A DNA stretch of 64,000 bases from an uncultured Acidobacteriota bacterium (GCA_963738485.1 CAVTWK010000005.1:64549-128548); one strand, 5' to 3'; shown: positions 34,757 through 43,810, counted from the stretch's first letter. Notes: a model not told the origin generated them from the sequence alone. Numbers and translations: made by a program.

Positions 34757-35125
34757 ACATCGGGCAGGCTCCTCACGACGCTTCAGCAGGCCATCCTGGA
34801 TTTGCTGTGGACGCGTGGGGCGTCCACCGCGGAACAGGTGCGTGAGGGGCTGGTGCCGGCGCACCGTCTGAAGGACTCGAGCGTGCGCACGCTGCTGCGG
34901 CGTCTCGAGGCCCGCGGGCTCGTCCGGCATCGCGTCGAGGGCAAGGTGTTCATGTATGAGGCCAAGGCCGCACCCCGCAGCGTGGCGGCGCGCACCGTGC
35001 ACCAGCTCATCGACCGCGTGTGGGCGGGATCGGTGGAGCAGTTCCTGGTCGGGATGGTGGACGAGAAGCTGGTCACGGCCGAGGAGCTGGCACGGCTGGC
35101 GAAGAAGGTGAAGGCCCGCAAATGA
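34742..35125 (+). CDS. BlaI/MecI/CopY-family transcriptional repressor
   Basis: Winged-helix 'LQQAILDLLWTRGASTAEQVREGL...SSVRTLLRRLEARGLVRHRVEGKVFMYEA' is typical of the Penicillinase_R family. The stop overlaps the next start (ATGA). Confidence 0.85.
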   Translation: MTVRNTSGRLLTTLQQAILDLLWTRGASTAEQVREGLVPAHRLKDSSVRTLLRRLEARGLVRHRVEGKVFMYEAKAAPRSVAARTVHQLIDRVWAGSVEQFLVGMVDEKLVTAEELARLAKKVKARK

Positions 35126-37449
35126 TCCCGACCTACTGGCTCGAGGTGCTGGAGTTCGCGTTCCGGACGACCCTCATGGCGGCGGCCGTGGGCGGAGTCC
35201 TGTGGGTGACGCGCATGCGGGCGAGCGCGACGCGTCACGCCGTCTGGACCGCGGTGTTGGTGGCGATGCTGACCATGCCCCTGGCCATGCGTACGGCGCC
35301 TGCGATTCCGGTTCCATGGCCGACGTTGCCTGCAGCGGAGGTCGATCCATCGCGTCAACCCGTGGCGCTCCCGCGGACCACGCCGCTGGTCGGGACATCC
35401 GAACTGGTCTCGACGCTTCCGGCGGCACCGGCGGACGCCGCGACACGAATCGCGCGGCCGCTCGCGTCGCCCGCACCTGCCGCGTCGGCGCGGCCATGGC
35501 CGTGGGCGCCCACGCTGCTCACGCTCTGGGCGATGGTGTCGGTCGTGATGCTGGGACGCCTGGTCGTCGGCTGGCGCGCCGCTCGGCGTCTGGTCGCTGA
35601 GAGTCGGCCGGTCGACGACCTCGGCCTGGTGCGTGAGTCAGGCGCCGTGTCGGTGCCGGTGACCGTGGGCATGCTTCGTCCTGCGATTCTCCTGCCGCCG
35701 CGGTGGCGCATCTGGACGGCAGACAAACTGGAGGCTGTGCTCGCGCACGAGCGCGCACACGTGGCCCGGCACGATGTGCTGGTCCTCCTTCTTGCGCATA
35801 TCAACCGTGCGGTCTTCTGGTTCCATCCGTTGGCGTGGTGGCTCGAGCGCCGCCTCGCGGCCACGGCCGAGGACGCCGCCGACGACGTGGCGGCTGCCCG
35901 GGTGGGCGAGCCTGGCCGGTACGCGGAACTGCTTCTGGAGATCGCGGCCGCGGCGGTGCAGGGCGCGAGGCCGCGCGCCGCCTGGCACGGCGTGGGCATG
36001 GACGGGGCCAGCCGGCTTAGCGAACGGGTCGATCGGTTGCTGCAGGGCGAGGGCTCGGGGCCGGTTTCGCGCGTGCGCAAGATCGTGGTCGCCTGCGGAT
36101 GTGTGCTCTCGGTGGTGGTGGCGATCGCGTGTGAACGGCAGAGACGCGAGGTGACGCCACTGCGTGAGCATCCGGCGGATCTCGAGCGGCGCGAGTCGGC
36201 TGCCGCGAGCCAGGCGCGTCTGGCCCTCCAGCGCGAGGTGCAGTCGCTGGTCGCCGCGCCCGAGGCCATTGCGGCGCTACAGGACACCTGGGACCGTTCG
36301 CCTGGCGATCTGGCGACCGCTGAAAAACTCCTCTCGACATACCGCGGTCCGGCTGCCGCGCCCACCCGGCGACGCGTGGCCCTGTGGCTGATCGAACACC
36401 AGCCGAGCAGCAGTCTGAATCGCCTCGCCAATATCGTTCCCGGTGGCAACATGCCGGACCCAGCCGGGCACGACGCCGCCGGCCGGTTGTGGACGTCACA
36501 GCTCGCACGCGAGGATCTCAGCCCGCAGGCACTGGGCAATGCCGCAGCCTTCTTCGCCCCCTTCGACCCGTTCAAGGCGGAAGACGCCCTGGTTCGGGCC
36601 GAGCGGCGCGACCCAGGCGGGCAATCGAAGCCGACAGGCACGTGGGTGTCCGGGCAGTCGTGGACGGCGCAACTGGGCGACCTCTACGGCAGTTGGATCG
36701 CTGAGGGGATCAGGACCAAGGCCGAGAGTCCGTTCGCCGCGGCCGCGCGGCGCACCTTGGAGACGACCACACAGCCTGCCGTGCTCGTCGCCGCGGCCGT
36801 GCGGTTGGGCCGGCCCAGGGCTTTCGAGATGACCTCAATTCCCCAGGATCGTCGCGTGTTCACGCTGACGTCAGCGGCGTTGACCGAGGGCGTCACGCTG
36901 GCGCGGACCTACCTGACGCGCGCCCTCGAACTCGATCCCGCCAATATCCAGGCCGCGAACTGGTTTGCAGAGCAGGACCGTGAAGCGCGCTTCGTCCGCC
37001 TGAATGCCCTCGTGCCGGATGGACGTGCGACAGCCGCGGAGCAACTGGCCCCGTTGACCGGTCTGCCGAAGGAGGAGCAGATTCCGCTGCTCCTCGAGCT
37101 GGCGAACCGCGCGTACCGCAACGCGGAGGGACTGGACCATGCGGCGCGTCGGCCAGTGGCTGAGCCCGGCCGAGGGCAGGCCGTGGGCACGAAAATGGTG
37201 GCCTCCGCAGGGCGCTTCCAAGGCGCCCTGACCGCCTCCGAACTGGCCGCTCGGGCGCAAACGGCGTTTGATGTCTGCCGGGCCGCCGCGGAGCGTGTGC
37301 TCGAGATCGCTGACGGTCGAGGCACGGCTCGTGAACGCCTGTCCATCTACGAGGCCCACGTCGTGCTGGGCCTGCTTCGACTTCGTGAGGGCGATGGCCG
37401 AGGAGCGCTCGCCCGCCTGCGTGACGCGGCGTCCACCGCCGCCACCTGA
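35122..37449 (+). CDS. M56-family (BlaR1-like) membrane metalloprotease/sensor with a ~480-aa non-PBP C-terminal domain
   Basis: N-terminal TM segments and 'LAHERAHVARHD' (HExxH), followed by 'FWFHPLAWW'. I saw no SxxK/penicillin-binding motifs in the C-terminal region. Confidence 0.8.
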   Translation: MIPTYWLEVLEFAFRTTLMAAAVGGVLWVTRMRASATRHAVWTAVLVAMLTMPLAMRTAPAIPVPWPTLPAAEVDPSRQPVALPRTTPLVGTSELVSTLPAAPADAATRIARPLASPAPAASARPWPWAPTLLTLWAMVSVVMLGRLVVGWRAARRLVAESRPVDDLGLVRESGAVSVPVTVGMLRPAILLPPRWRIWTADKLEAVLAHERAHVARHDVLVLLLAHINRAVFWFHPLAWWLERRLAATAEDAADDVAAARVGEPGRYAELLLEIAAAAVQGARPRAAWHGVGMDGASRLSERVDRLLQGEGSGPVSRVRKIVVACGCVLSVVVAIACERQRREVTPLREHPADLERRESAAASQARLALQREVQSLVAAPEAIAALQDTWDRSPGDLATAEKLLSTYRGPAAAPTRRRVALWLIEHQPSSSLNRLANIVPGGNMPDPAGHDAAGRLWTSQLAREDLSPQALGNAAAFFAPFDPFKAEDALVRAERRDPGGQSKPTGTWVSGQSWTAQLGDLYGSWIAEGIRTKAESPFAAAARRTLETTTQPAVLVAAAVRLGRPRAFEMTSIPQDRRVFTLTSAALTEGVTLARTYLTRALELDPANIQAANWFAEQDREARFVRLNALVPDGRATAAEQLAPLTGLPKEEQIPLLLELANRAYRNAEGLDHAARRPVAEPGRGQAVGTKMVASAGRFQGALTASELAARAQTAFDVCRAAAERVLEIADGRGTARERLSIYEAHVVLGLLRLREGDGRGALARLRDAASTAAT

Positions 37450-37468
37450 CCCGGCGGATCGGGTGGTG

Positions 37469-37666
37469 ATGATCACCTCACTCGAGGCGCGCCTGACCGC
37501 GACGCTGCTCAAACATGGCGAACGTGAGACCGTCGCGGCGTTCCTCGAGCGCTCGGCCCCCTTCAAGGGCATCCATGCGCAACAGGCAATCGACGATGCC
37601 GCCGCGATTCGCGCGGGCATGGCACCGTCGTTCTACGGCGCGTATTACCCATCGACGCCGCGCTGA
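37469..37666 (+). CDS. Small hypothetical protein (65 aa) downstream of the BlaR1-like gene
   Basis: ATG 20 nt after the upstream stop, in the ORF 37268..37666 frame. No recognisable motif. Confidence 0.3.
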   Translation: MITSLEARLTATLLKHGERETVAAFLERSAPFKGIHAQQAIDDAAAIRAGMAPSFYGAYYPSTPR

Positions 37667-37960
37667 CCTGCAGGGGCTTCGCGAAGTCCTGGCGAACAAG
37701 CACTCGGGCGCTGCGCAGACGTCCGGGAACTGACGCTCAAGTCCCGGTGGAACAGGCCCTCAAGTCCCGGAGGCTTCGCTGAAGTCCCGGAGCTTCGCTG
37801 AGGTCCGCGAATCGGAGCCTGCTGACGCGCGCGGCGCCCGCTTCTGTACGCGTCGGTCCCAGTCCGTCTGCGCGCCATGCGCGCCTCCGCGTGATCGTCT
37901 TCGCGTGCGCGTGAACCGGTTGCGGCCCGCCGACCGACGGGATACCATTTCCCCTCGTCG
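37655..37960. repeat. Further copies of the AGTCCYGG / GCTTCGCnGAAGTCC word family, including one 62-nt block (37730-37790), same orientation as at 33945-34230
   Basis: 'ctgacgctcaagtcccggtggaacaggccctcaagtcccggaggcttcgctgaagtcccgg'. In addition, 'cctccgcgtgatcgtcttcgcg' resembles 34300-34330. Confidence 0.8.
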
Positions 37961-37980
37961 GTCCCCGCGCTCGACTGCTG

Positions 37981-38428
37981 ATGTCAGATTCCCCGAAACC
38001 ACCCGATCGCGTCCTGCCCGACCAGCCGGTCTACCGGCCGCTGGAGCGGTTCTGGCCGTACGCGGAGCTGACGGAGCAGCCGACGGACGAGGAACTCGCG
38101 GCGCTCCATCCGGAGCTGCGCGATGCGCTCTTCGGATCGCGCGCCCTGCCGTTCTCGATCTCGGTCGTGTTCCCGGCGTTCGCGGGCGAGGACTACACGA
38201 AGGCCGTCGAGCTGGCCAAGGCCGCCGACGAGTACGTCGAGGCGCAGGGCGGACGGCGCCAGGTTCGCCATCGCGCGCGGTTCTATCCCCGGCGATCGGC
38301 CGCTGCGATTGCGTGAACTGTACGAACTGGTGTCGGCTCAGCCGGACCACGAGGTGCTCGTGGACGACCGTCCCGTCCCCTTCGCGAGGGAACTGTGGTT
38401 GCCGCTGGTCTGGTTTCTGATTCGGTGA
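37981..38428 (+). pseudogene. Hypothetical protein (~149 aa), one probable frame break (~38245-38290)
   Basis: 'MSDSPKPPDRVLPDQPVYRPLERFWPY...AADEYVEAQGG' (frame of 37981) continues plausibly as 'ARFAIARGSIPGDRPLRLRELYELVSAQPDHEVLVDDRPVPFARELWLPLVWFLIR' (frame of 38123..38428). Confidence 0.4.
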
Positions 38429-38508
38429 GCGCGGGTGGGGTGGGAGCGCGGCGTGCCCGGCGGAAGGTTGAGGGACCGGAACATCCGGCTCCGGTCCCCC
38501 AAGGTGGT

Positions 38509-38715
38509 CTAGCTCGGCTTGGTGACGTTGCCGGCCTGCGGCCCCTTCGGACCGTCGACGATCTCGAATTCGACCGCTTGGCCTTCCTCGAGCGTCCTGA
38601 AGCCAGAGCCCTGAATCGCAGAGAAGTGAACGAATACGTCGTTCCCGCCTTCGCGCTCGATGAACCCGTAGCCCTTCGCGTTGTTAAACCACTTGACCTT
38701 GCCGGTGATACGCAT
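38509..38715 (-). CDS. cspA: Cold-shock protein (CspA family)
   Basis: '[64 protein letters not shown]' carries the RNP1/RNP2 motifs. Confidence 0.95.
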   Translation of the reverse strand: MRITGKVKWFNNAKGYGFIEREGGNDVFVHFSAIQGSGFRTLEEGQAVEFEIVDGPKGPQAGNVTKPS

Positions 38716-38861
38716 ACTACTTGCCTGCCTTGCGAAAAAAGCGGCGTGAATCGCCGCCCTTCCCTCCGCCGACCTGAAACAGCGGGCGCGACGGAGTACA
38801 AAAAAAGACCGCAACTTGCGGCCTCTGAAATCGACACCGGCCCGCCCGGTGTCAATCGGGG

Positions 38862-38890
38862 AATATACCCACCGTCAAGTGGTTTGTCAA
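38862..38890 (-). promoter_or_regulatory. Sigma-70-type promoter for the csp gene, implying a ~140-nt 5' UTR
   Basis: On the minus strand: TTGACA (38890-38885), a 17-nt spacer, then TATATT (38867-38862). Confidence 0.55.
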
Positions 38891-38960
38891 CTTGGGGGCA
38901 GTACCCCACCCCAGGGGAGTCCGGGGCGGCAAGTCCCGTGAGAACCGAGAGAGAGTGTCC

Positions 38961-40538
38961 ATGCGTGCGCTGCTGAGTGTGTCCGACAAGACTGGCCTGG
39001 TGCCGTTTGCCACCGAACTGGTTCGCCTCGGCTGGGAGCTGGTGTCCACCGGGGGAACGGCCAAGGCCCTTGCCGCCGCCGGGTTGCCGGTCATCGGCGT
39101 CTCCGATGTCACCGGGTTTCCGGAGATGATGGACGGTCGCGTCAAGACCCTCCATCCGAAGATCCACGCCGGCATCCTCGCGCGGCGCCATCAGCCCGAG
39201 GATCTGGCGGCGCTGCTGTCGCACGGCATCGGGACGATCGACCTGGTGGTGGTCAACCTCTATCCGTTCGCGAAGGCCGCGGCTCGGCCCGATCTGGCCT
39301 TCGACGCGCTCGTCGAGGAGATCGATATCGGCGGACCGAGCATGGTGCGCGCGGCGGCCAAGAACTTCCGCGACGTGCTGGTCGTCGTCGAGCCTCCCGA
39401 CTACGAGCCGGTGCTGCGCGCCCTCGAGGCGCCCGGTGGCGTGCCGTTGTCCCTGCGCTTCGACCTCGCGCGGCGCGCCATCGCGCACACTGCGGCCTAC
39501 GATCAGATGATCGCGACGACCCTGGGGGCGGTGACGGTGGATGACGCCACGGGACAGTTCACGCGCGGCGCCGCCGACGTGATGCCCGCGATCTGGGTGC
39601 CGCGTCTCGAGAAGCGCCGGGACCTCCGTTACGGCGAGAATCCGCACCAGCGTGGCGCGTGGTACGCCGACGTCGCCGCCGGGTTTGGCGCAGCGGTCGT
39701 CCATCAGGGCAAGGAGCTGTCGTTCACCAACCTCCTCGACCTGGATGCGGCCGCGCGGATCGCGCTCGAGTTCGACGAGCCGGCGGCCGTTGTGATCAAG
39801 CACACCAATCCCTGTGGCGTGGCCACAGCGGCCTCGCCGGCCGAGGCGTACGGGCGTGCCCGCGAGGCTGATCCCTTGTCAGCCTTCGGCGGGATCGTCG
39901 GACTCAATCGGCCGATCGACGTCGCGACGGCGCGTGCGCTGACGCAGACGTTCATCGAGGCGGTCATCGCGCCGGCGATCGACACGCCGGACGAGGTCCT
40001 GGCGATCCTCGGCACGAAAGCCAACCTGCGGGTCGTGACCGCGTCGTTCGACGGCCTCGAGTCGGCGCGCGATGTGCGCTCCATCCTGGGCGGTTGGCTC
40101 GTGCAGGGCCGCGACCGCGTGGTCGAGGCGGCCGGGCCGTGGCCGGGCGCCGACGGCCCGCGCGTGGTGACGAAGCGGGCGCCGACGCCGGACGAGTGGG
40201 CCGCGTTGCGGTTTGCGTGGCGGGTGTGCGCGCACGTCAAGTCGAACACGGTCATCTTCACGGGCCGGGACGTGACGCTCGCGGTCGGCGCCGGGCAGAT
40301 GAGCCGCGTCGATGCCGTGAACACGGCCGTCCGCAAGGCGGCTGACGGCCTGCGCGGGTCGGTGGCGGCCTCCGACGCGTTCTTCCCGTTCCGCGACGGC
40401 CTGGACGCCGTGGCGGCCGCCGGGGCGACCGCCGTGGTCCAGCCTGGCGGGTCGGTGAAGGACGCCGAGGTCATCGCCGCCGCCGACGAGCACAACCTCG
40501 CCATGGTCTTCACCGGCCGTCGTCACTTCAGACATTAG
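38961..40538 (+). CDS. purH: Bifunctional AICAR formyltransferase / IMP cyclohydrolase
   Basis: 'MRALLSVSDKTGLVPFA...STGGTAKAL...GFPEMMDGRVKTLHPKIHAGIL...KHTNPCG...QPGGS.KD' is a canonical PurH. Confidence 0.95.
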   Translation: MRALLSVSDKTGLVPFATELVRLGWELVSTGGTAKALAAAGLPVIGVSDVTGFPEMMDGRVKTLHPKIHAGILARRHQPEDLAALLSHGIGTIDLVVVNLYPFAKAAARPDLAFDALVEEIDIGGPSMVRAAAKNFRDVLVVVEPPDYEPVLRALEAPGGVPLSLRFDLARRAIAHTAAYDQMIATTLGAVTVDDATGQFTRGAADVMPAIWVPRLEKRRDLRYGENPHQRGAWYADVAAGFGAAVVHQGKELSFTNLLDLDAAARIALEFDEPAAVVIKHTNPCGVATAASPAEAYGRAREADPLSAFGGIVGLNRPIDVATARALTQTFIEAVIAPAIDTPDEVLAILGTKANLRVVTASFDGLESARDVRSILGGWLVQGRDRVVEAAGPWPGADGPRVVTKRAPTPDEWAALRFAWRVCAHVKSNTVIFTGRDVTLAVGAGQMSRVDAVNTAVRKAADGLRGSVAASDAFFPFRDGLDAVAAAGATAVVQPGGSVKDAEVIAAADEHNLAMVFTGRRHFRH

Positions 40539-40650
40539 GGGGTCAGATCTGTTTTCCACAGATTCGGGCCCGTCGGTGCCAGATCTCCCGCCCCCGTCGG
40601 CGAGATCTGGCACCGGTGTGCCCGAATCTGTGGAAAACAGATCTGACCCC
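40539..40650. repeat. 112-nt near-perfect palindrome (31-nt perfect outer arms) between purH and the GT39 gene
   Basis: ggggtcagatctgttttccacagattcgggc (40539-40569) pairs with gcccgaatctgtggaaaacagatctgacccc (40620-40650). There is an inner ggtgccagatct / agatctggcacc pair. Confidence 0.9.
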
Positions 40651-42267
40651 TTCCTCTGGCCCCTGCTCTGCCTGGCGATCCCGGTCTTCTTTCTCTGGCT
40701 CGGCGCGAACACGATCTGGGACGCGAATGAGGCGTTCTATGTCGAGACGCCGCGCCAGATGCTGCAGTCGGGCGACTACGTCGCGCCGAGCTTCAACGGC
40801 GAGCCGCGCGTCAACAAGCCGATCCTCAGCTACTGGATCGTCGCCGCGTTCTATCACCTGTTCGGCGTGTCGGTCGGCGTCGAGCGTCTCGCCATCGCGC
40901 TTGGCGCGATGCTCATCATCCTCTCGGCCTTCCTGATCGGCCGCGCACTCCGGTCCACCGCCACCGGTGTTCTGGCCGCGCTCATCGTCGCCTCCGCGCC
41001 GCGTGTGGTGATGCACAGCCGGCGCATCTTCATCGACGTCTACATCACGGCCTTCACCTCGCTGGCCCTGGCCGGCTTCGTGCTCGCGGAGCGCCATCCC
41101 GAGCGGCGTCGCTGGTATCTGCTGCTCACCTACCTCGCGCTCGGGGCAGGGGCGGCGATCAAGGGCCCGGCCTATGTGATCCTGGCCGCAGCCGCGTGCC
41201 TCATCTGGCTGGCCATCGAAGGGCGGCTCGGAGACCTGCGCCGCCTGCACGTCGTGCCGGGGGCGTTGACCATCCTGGCGTGCGTCGCGACGTGGCACGT
41301 CCCCGATGCGCTGCAGCACGGCTGGCCCGCCGCGTGGACGCACATGCGCCAGTTCTACCTGGGCGAGAACCTGGTCCGGGCCGCCAGTTCGGTGACGGGC
41401 GATCGGCCGGTGTTCTTCTACGTCCAGGTTCTGCTCACCGACCTGTTGCCGTGGGCGTTGCTGCTGCTCGTGCCCCTCACCACGGCCTGGCGACGGGGGG
41501 CGGCCACCAGTCCCATTCGGCGGCTGCTGTGGATTTGGATCGTCACGATCACGGGCGCGTTCTCACTGGCCCAATCCAAACAGGATCTCTACATCTTCCC
41601 GGTGGTCGCGGCTGCGGCCGTGCTCATCGCCGACACGCTCGCCGCCACGGGATACGGTGCCCGCCACCGCGGTGTGCGTGCACTGTTGGCGACGTCGGCG
41701 GGTCTCGTGTCTGCTGCGGGCCTGGTCATCGGCTGGCTCTTCACGAGCGGCTATTACGCCCTTGACGGCGCGCGCCTGGCCTCGGCGGTGGCGATCGGGA
41801 CGGGCCTGGTCAGCCTGGGGCTCGTCATGCGATCGCGTCCAGCCGCGGCCGTGACGACGCTGGCCGGCGGCATGATCGCGTTCAACTACCTCTTCGTCGT
41901 GGCGCTCCTGCCGAGTACCGAGCGATTGAAGCCGGTGCCAACCCTGGCGCGCGCCTTCCACGCCCGCGCCACGGCCCGCGCGCAGATCGGCCAGTACAGC
42001 TACTCGTTGCCGAGCGTGACGTACTACTTGAACCGGCGCGTCGAGGACATCAGCGCCGTCGGCCACGCCACGGCCTTCTTCGCCGACAACCACGAGTCCT
42101 ACGCGATGATGCGGCAGGCCACGTTCGAGATGCTGCGTGCAACGGGGCTGCCGCTCTGCATCGCCGCCCGGCATCCCGCGTTCACGTTCGAGCCGGGGCT
42201 GCTCGTCCAGGGCCAGCCTCCGGAGGACGTGCTGCTCGTGACGAATCAATGTGGTGCCATTCGCTGA
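40576..42267 (+). CDS. Glycosyltransferase family 39/83 (ArnT / PMT-like GT-C membrane transferase)
   Basis: 'ANTIWDANEAFYVETPRQMLQSGDYVAPSFNGEPRVNKPILSYWIVA' is the GT-C DE-loop motif; the protein is polytopic. All candidate starts (GTG 40576, 40618, 40630) lie inside the palindrome, so the true start is uncertain. Confidence 0.8.
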   Translation: MPDLPPPSARSGTGVPESVENRSDPFLWPLLCLAIPVFFLWLGANTIWDANEAFYVETPRQMLQSGDYVAPSFNGEPRVNKPILSYWIVAAFYHLFGVSVGVERLAIALGAMLIILSAFLIGRALRSTATGVLAALIVASAPRVVMHSRRIFIDVYITAFTSLALAGFVLAERHPERRRWYLLLTYLALGAGAAIKGPAYVILAAAACLIWLAIEGRLGDLRRLHVVPGALTILACVATWHVPDALQHGWPAAWTHMRQFYLGENLVRAASSVTGDRPVFFYVQVLLTDLLPWALLLLVPLTTAWRRGAATSPIRRLLWIWIVTITGAFSLAQSKQDLYIFPVVAAAAVLIADTLAATGYGARHRGVRALLATSAGLVSAAGLVIGWLFTSGYYALDGARLASAVAIGTGLVSLGLVMRSRPAAAVTTLAGGMIAFNYLFVVALLPSTERLKPVPTLARAFHARATARAQIGQYSYSLPSVTYYLNRRVEDISAVGHATAFFADNHESYAMMRQATFEMLRATGLPLCIAARHPAFTFEPGLLVQGQPPEDVLLVTNQCGAIR

Positions 42268-42520
42268 GGTGCAGGGCGAGGACCTCGACGTACTGGAACC
42301 TCAGTGCGGTGCTGGGCGGTGACGTGACGGTGCAGGAGGCCTCGCCGATGTGCTGGCGGCTGCGCACGGCGCTGCGCCGACGTGCGGGAACCTCAGTGAG
42401 GTCCGGCGCCGACCTGAAGAGCTGGGGGCTGCGCCGGATGCGCAGGGCGCTGACGCGGACGTGCGGGAGGCTCAGTGAAGTGCTGGGGGCTTGGCCCATG
42501 TGCTGGTGGCTTCGCGAGCC
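42268..42520. repeat. Three degenerate tandem units (~80-92-nt period) between convergent genes
   Basis: The core 'gacgtRcKggaaSctcagtgNRgtSc.gg' occurs at 42287, 42379 and 42458. In addition, 'atgtgctgg.ggct.cgc' occurs at 42347 and 42497. Confidence 0.75.
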
Positions 42521-42547
42521 CGACGGGACGCGGGCCGTCCCTTCAGC

Positions 42548-43753
42548 CTACGAGATCCGCGGCAGATACGGGCCGATCGTCAGTCTCGCGATCATCAGGG
42601 CCAGCCACAAGACGGCGGGCAGGGCGACAACGCGGGCGTCGCACCAGTGCAGGCATCGGCGCAGCCACGTCCAGTCACGGTAGGCGATGACGATGCCGGC
42701 CGTCGCGAGGGCGTAGGTGGCGGAGAACGCGTAGCGCTCCGCGAATCGGCTCGACGGCAGCAGAATCGCCACGGACGTCAGGGTGAACAGCGCGACGAAC
42801 ACGAGGGCCCGTCGCGTCGGTTCCGGTGACCCTTGCCACCAGGTGCGCGCCGACCCGCGATAGTGCCAGGCCGCCAGTGCCACAGCCGCGCTCCACGGGG
42901 CCGGATGCCAGGCGAGGCGCAGCGCATAGAAGATCGCGTGATTGAGCAGCACCGACGCGCCGGCGCCATCGGTGGGCGTGGCGATTTCGAGAGGGCCGAG
43001 CTGCCGCTGCCAGTACGCCAACCAGAAGCGCTCACCGGTCGCGCTCAGGTAGATGCCGTCGTAGAGATACGCCATCACGGCGACCACCACCAGCGTCAGC
43101 ACACCGGCGGCGATCGGACGCGCGATCGATCCGCGCTGCCGCGTGGGATTGATGATCGCCCACCACCCCGCCGCGATCAGGACCATCACGACGAACACGC
43201 CTTTGACCAGCACGGCCATGGTCACGCTGGCCGCCACGACCCACGCCCAGGCCCACGATCGCCTCACCTCATCGATCGCGACCAGGCCCAGCAGCAAGCA
43301 GACCAGCATCGGATACTCGTGGTTCGCGCGAATGCGGAACAGGAACGCGACCGGCATCAGTTGCAGGAGCACCAGCACCGCGCGGCCGTCGGCTGGCGTC
43401 GTCACGCGGCGGACCAGATGGCCGGCGAGCAGCACGGAGAGCAGGCCCGCGGCGATGCCCACGATGTACGACGCCTGAATCGCGGGAATGCCGAGGGCGC
43501 CCATCGCCGTCGGCAGCAGGAACACGCCAGCGGGATGCTCGCGGAACCACCCCTCGCTGTTCCACTGGCCCCACCACTGCGGGGCGATCCATTCGCGCAC
43601 AGGCAATTCAGCCAGGCGCGTCGCCAATTCCGCATAGAGGGCCGAATCCGGGTCGTCGCTCGCGAAGCCCGTGACGACCAGCAGGACGGAGACCACCACG
43701 AACGCGACTGCCCAGACGGCGACGTCGCGGCGGGTCAGCATGACGTCCGGCAT
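42548..43753 (-). CDS. Polytopic membrane protein, GT-C (ArnT-like) glycosyltransferase family
   Basis: 401 aa with ~10 TM segments and 'ASDDPDSALYAELA' as the first periplasmic-loop motif. It is the last gene of the heptose/LPS-core operon. Confidence 0.55.
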   Translation of the reverse strand: MPDVMLTRRDVAVWAVAFVVVSVLLVVTGFASDDPDSALYAELATRLAELPVREWIAPQWWGQWNSEGWFREHPAGVFLLPTAMGALGIPAIQASYIVGIAAGLLSVLLAGHLVRRVTTPADGRAVLVLLQLMPVAFLFRIRANHEYPMLVCLLLGLVAIDEVRRSWAWAWVVAASVTMAVLVKGVFVVMVLIAAGWWAIINPTRQRGSIARPIAAGVLTLVVVAVMAYLYDGIYLSATGERFWLAYWQRQLGPLEIATPTDGAGASVLLNHAIFYALRLAWHPAPWSAAVALAAWHYRGSARTWWQGSPEPTRRALVFVALFTLTSVAILLPSSRFAERYAFSATYALATAGIVIAYRDWTWLRRCLHWCDARVVALPAVLWLALMIARLTIGPYLPRIS

Positions 43754-43810
43754 GATCCTCGAAGCGTATCAGGCAGCGGTCTGCGTGCGAGCCGGGCCCG
43801 GCCTCGAGCG

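Noticed and set aside
35122-37449. Calling the BlaI/BlaR1 pair a beta-lactam resistance sensor (blaR1/blaI).
   Set aside because: Only the M56 protease and winged-helix repressor domains are recognisable. The sensor lacks a penicillin-binding domain, and no beta-lactamase or PBP2a gene is adjacent.
38891-38960. ZTP (pfl) riboswitch upstream of purH.
   Set aside because: purH is a classic ZTP-regulated gene, so I looked for the motif. The 70-nt upstream region lacks the conserved GACUGGCG and CCGCCUGGGC elements, and it is too short for the two-subdomain fold.
42525-42541. A short hairpin, gggacg-cgggc-cgtccc, considered as the terminator of the 42548..43753 gene.
   Set aside because: The stem is only 6 bp and no U-tract follows on either strand, so it is too weak to report as a feature.
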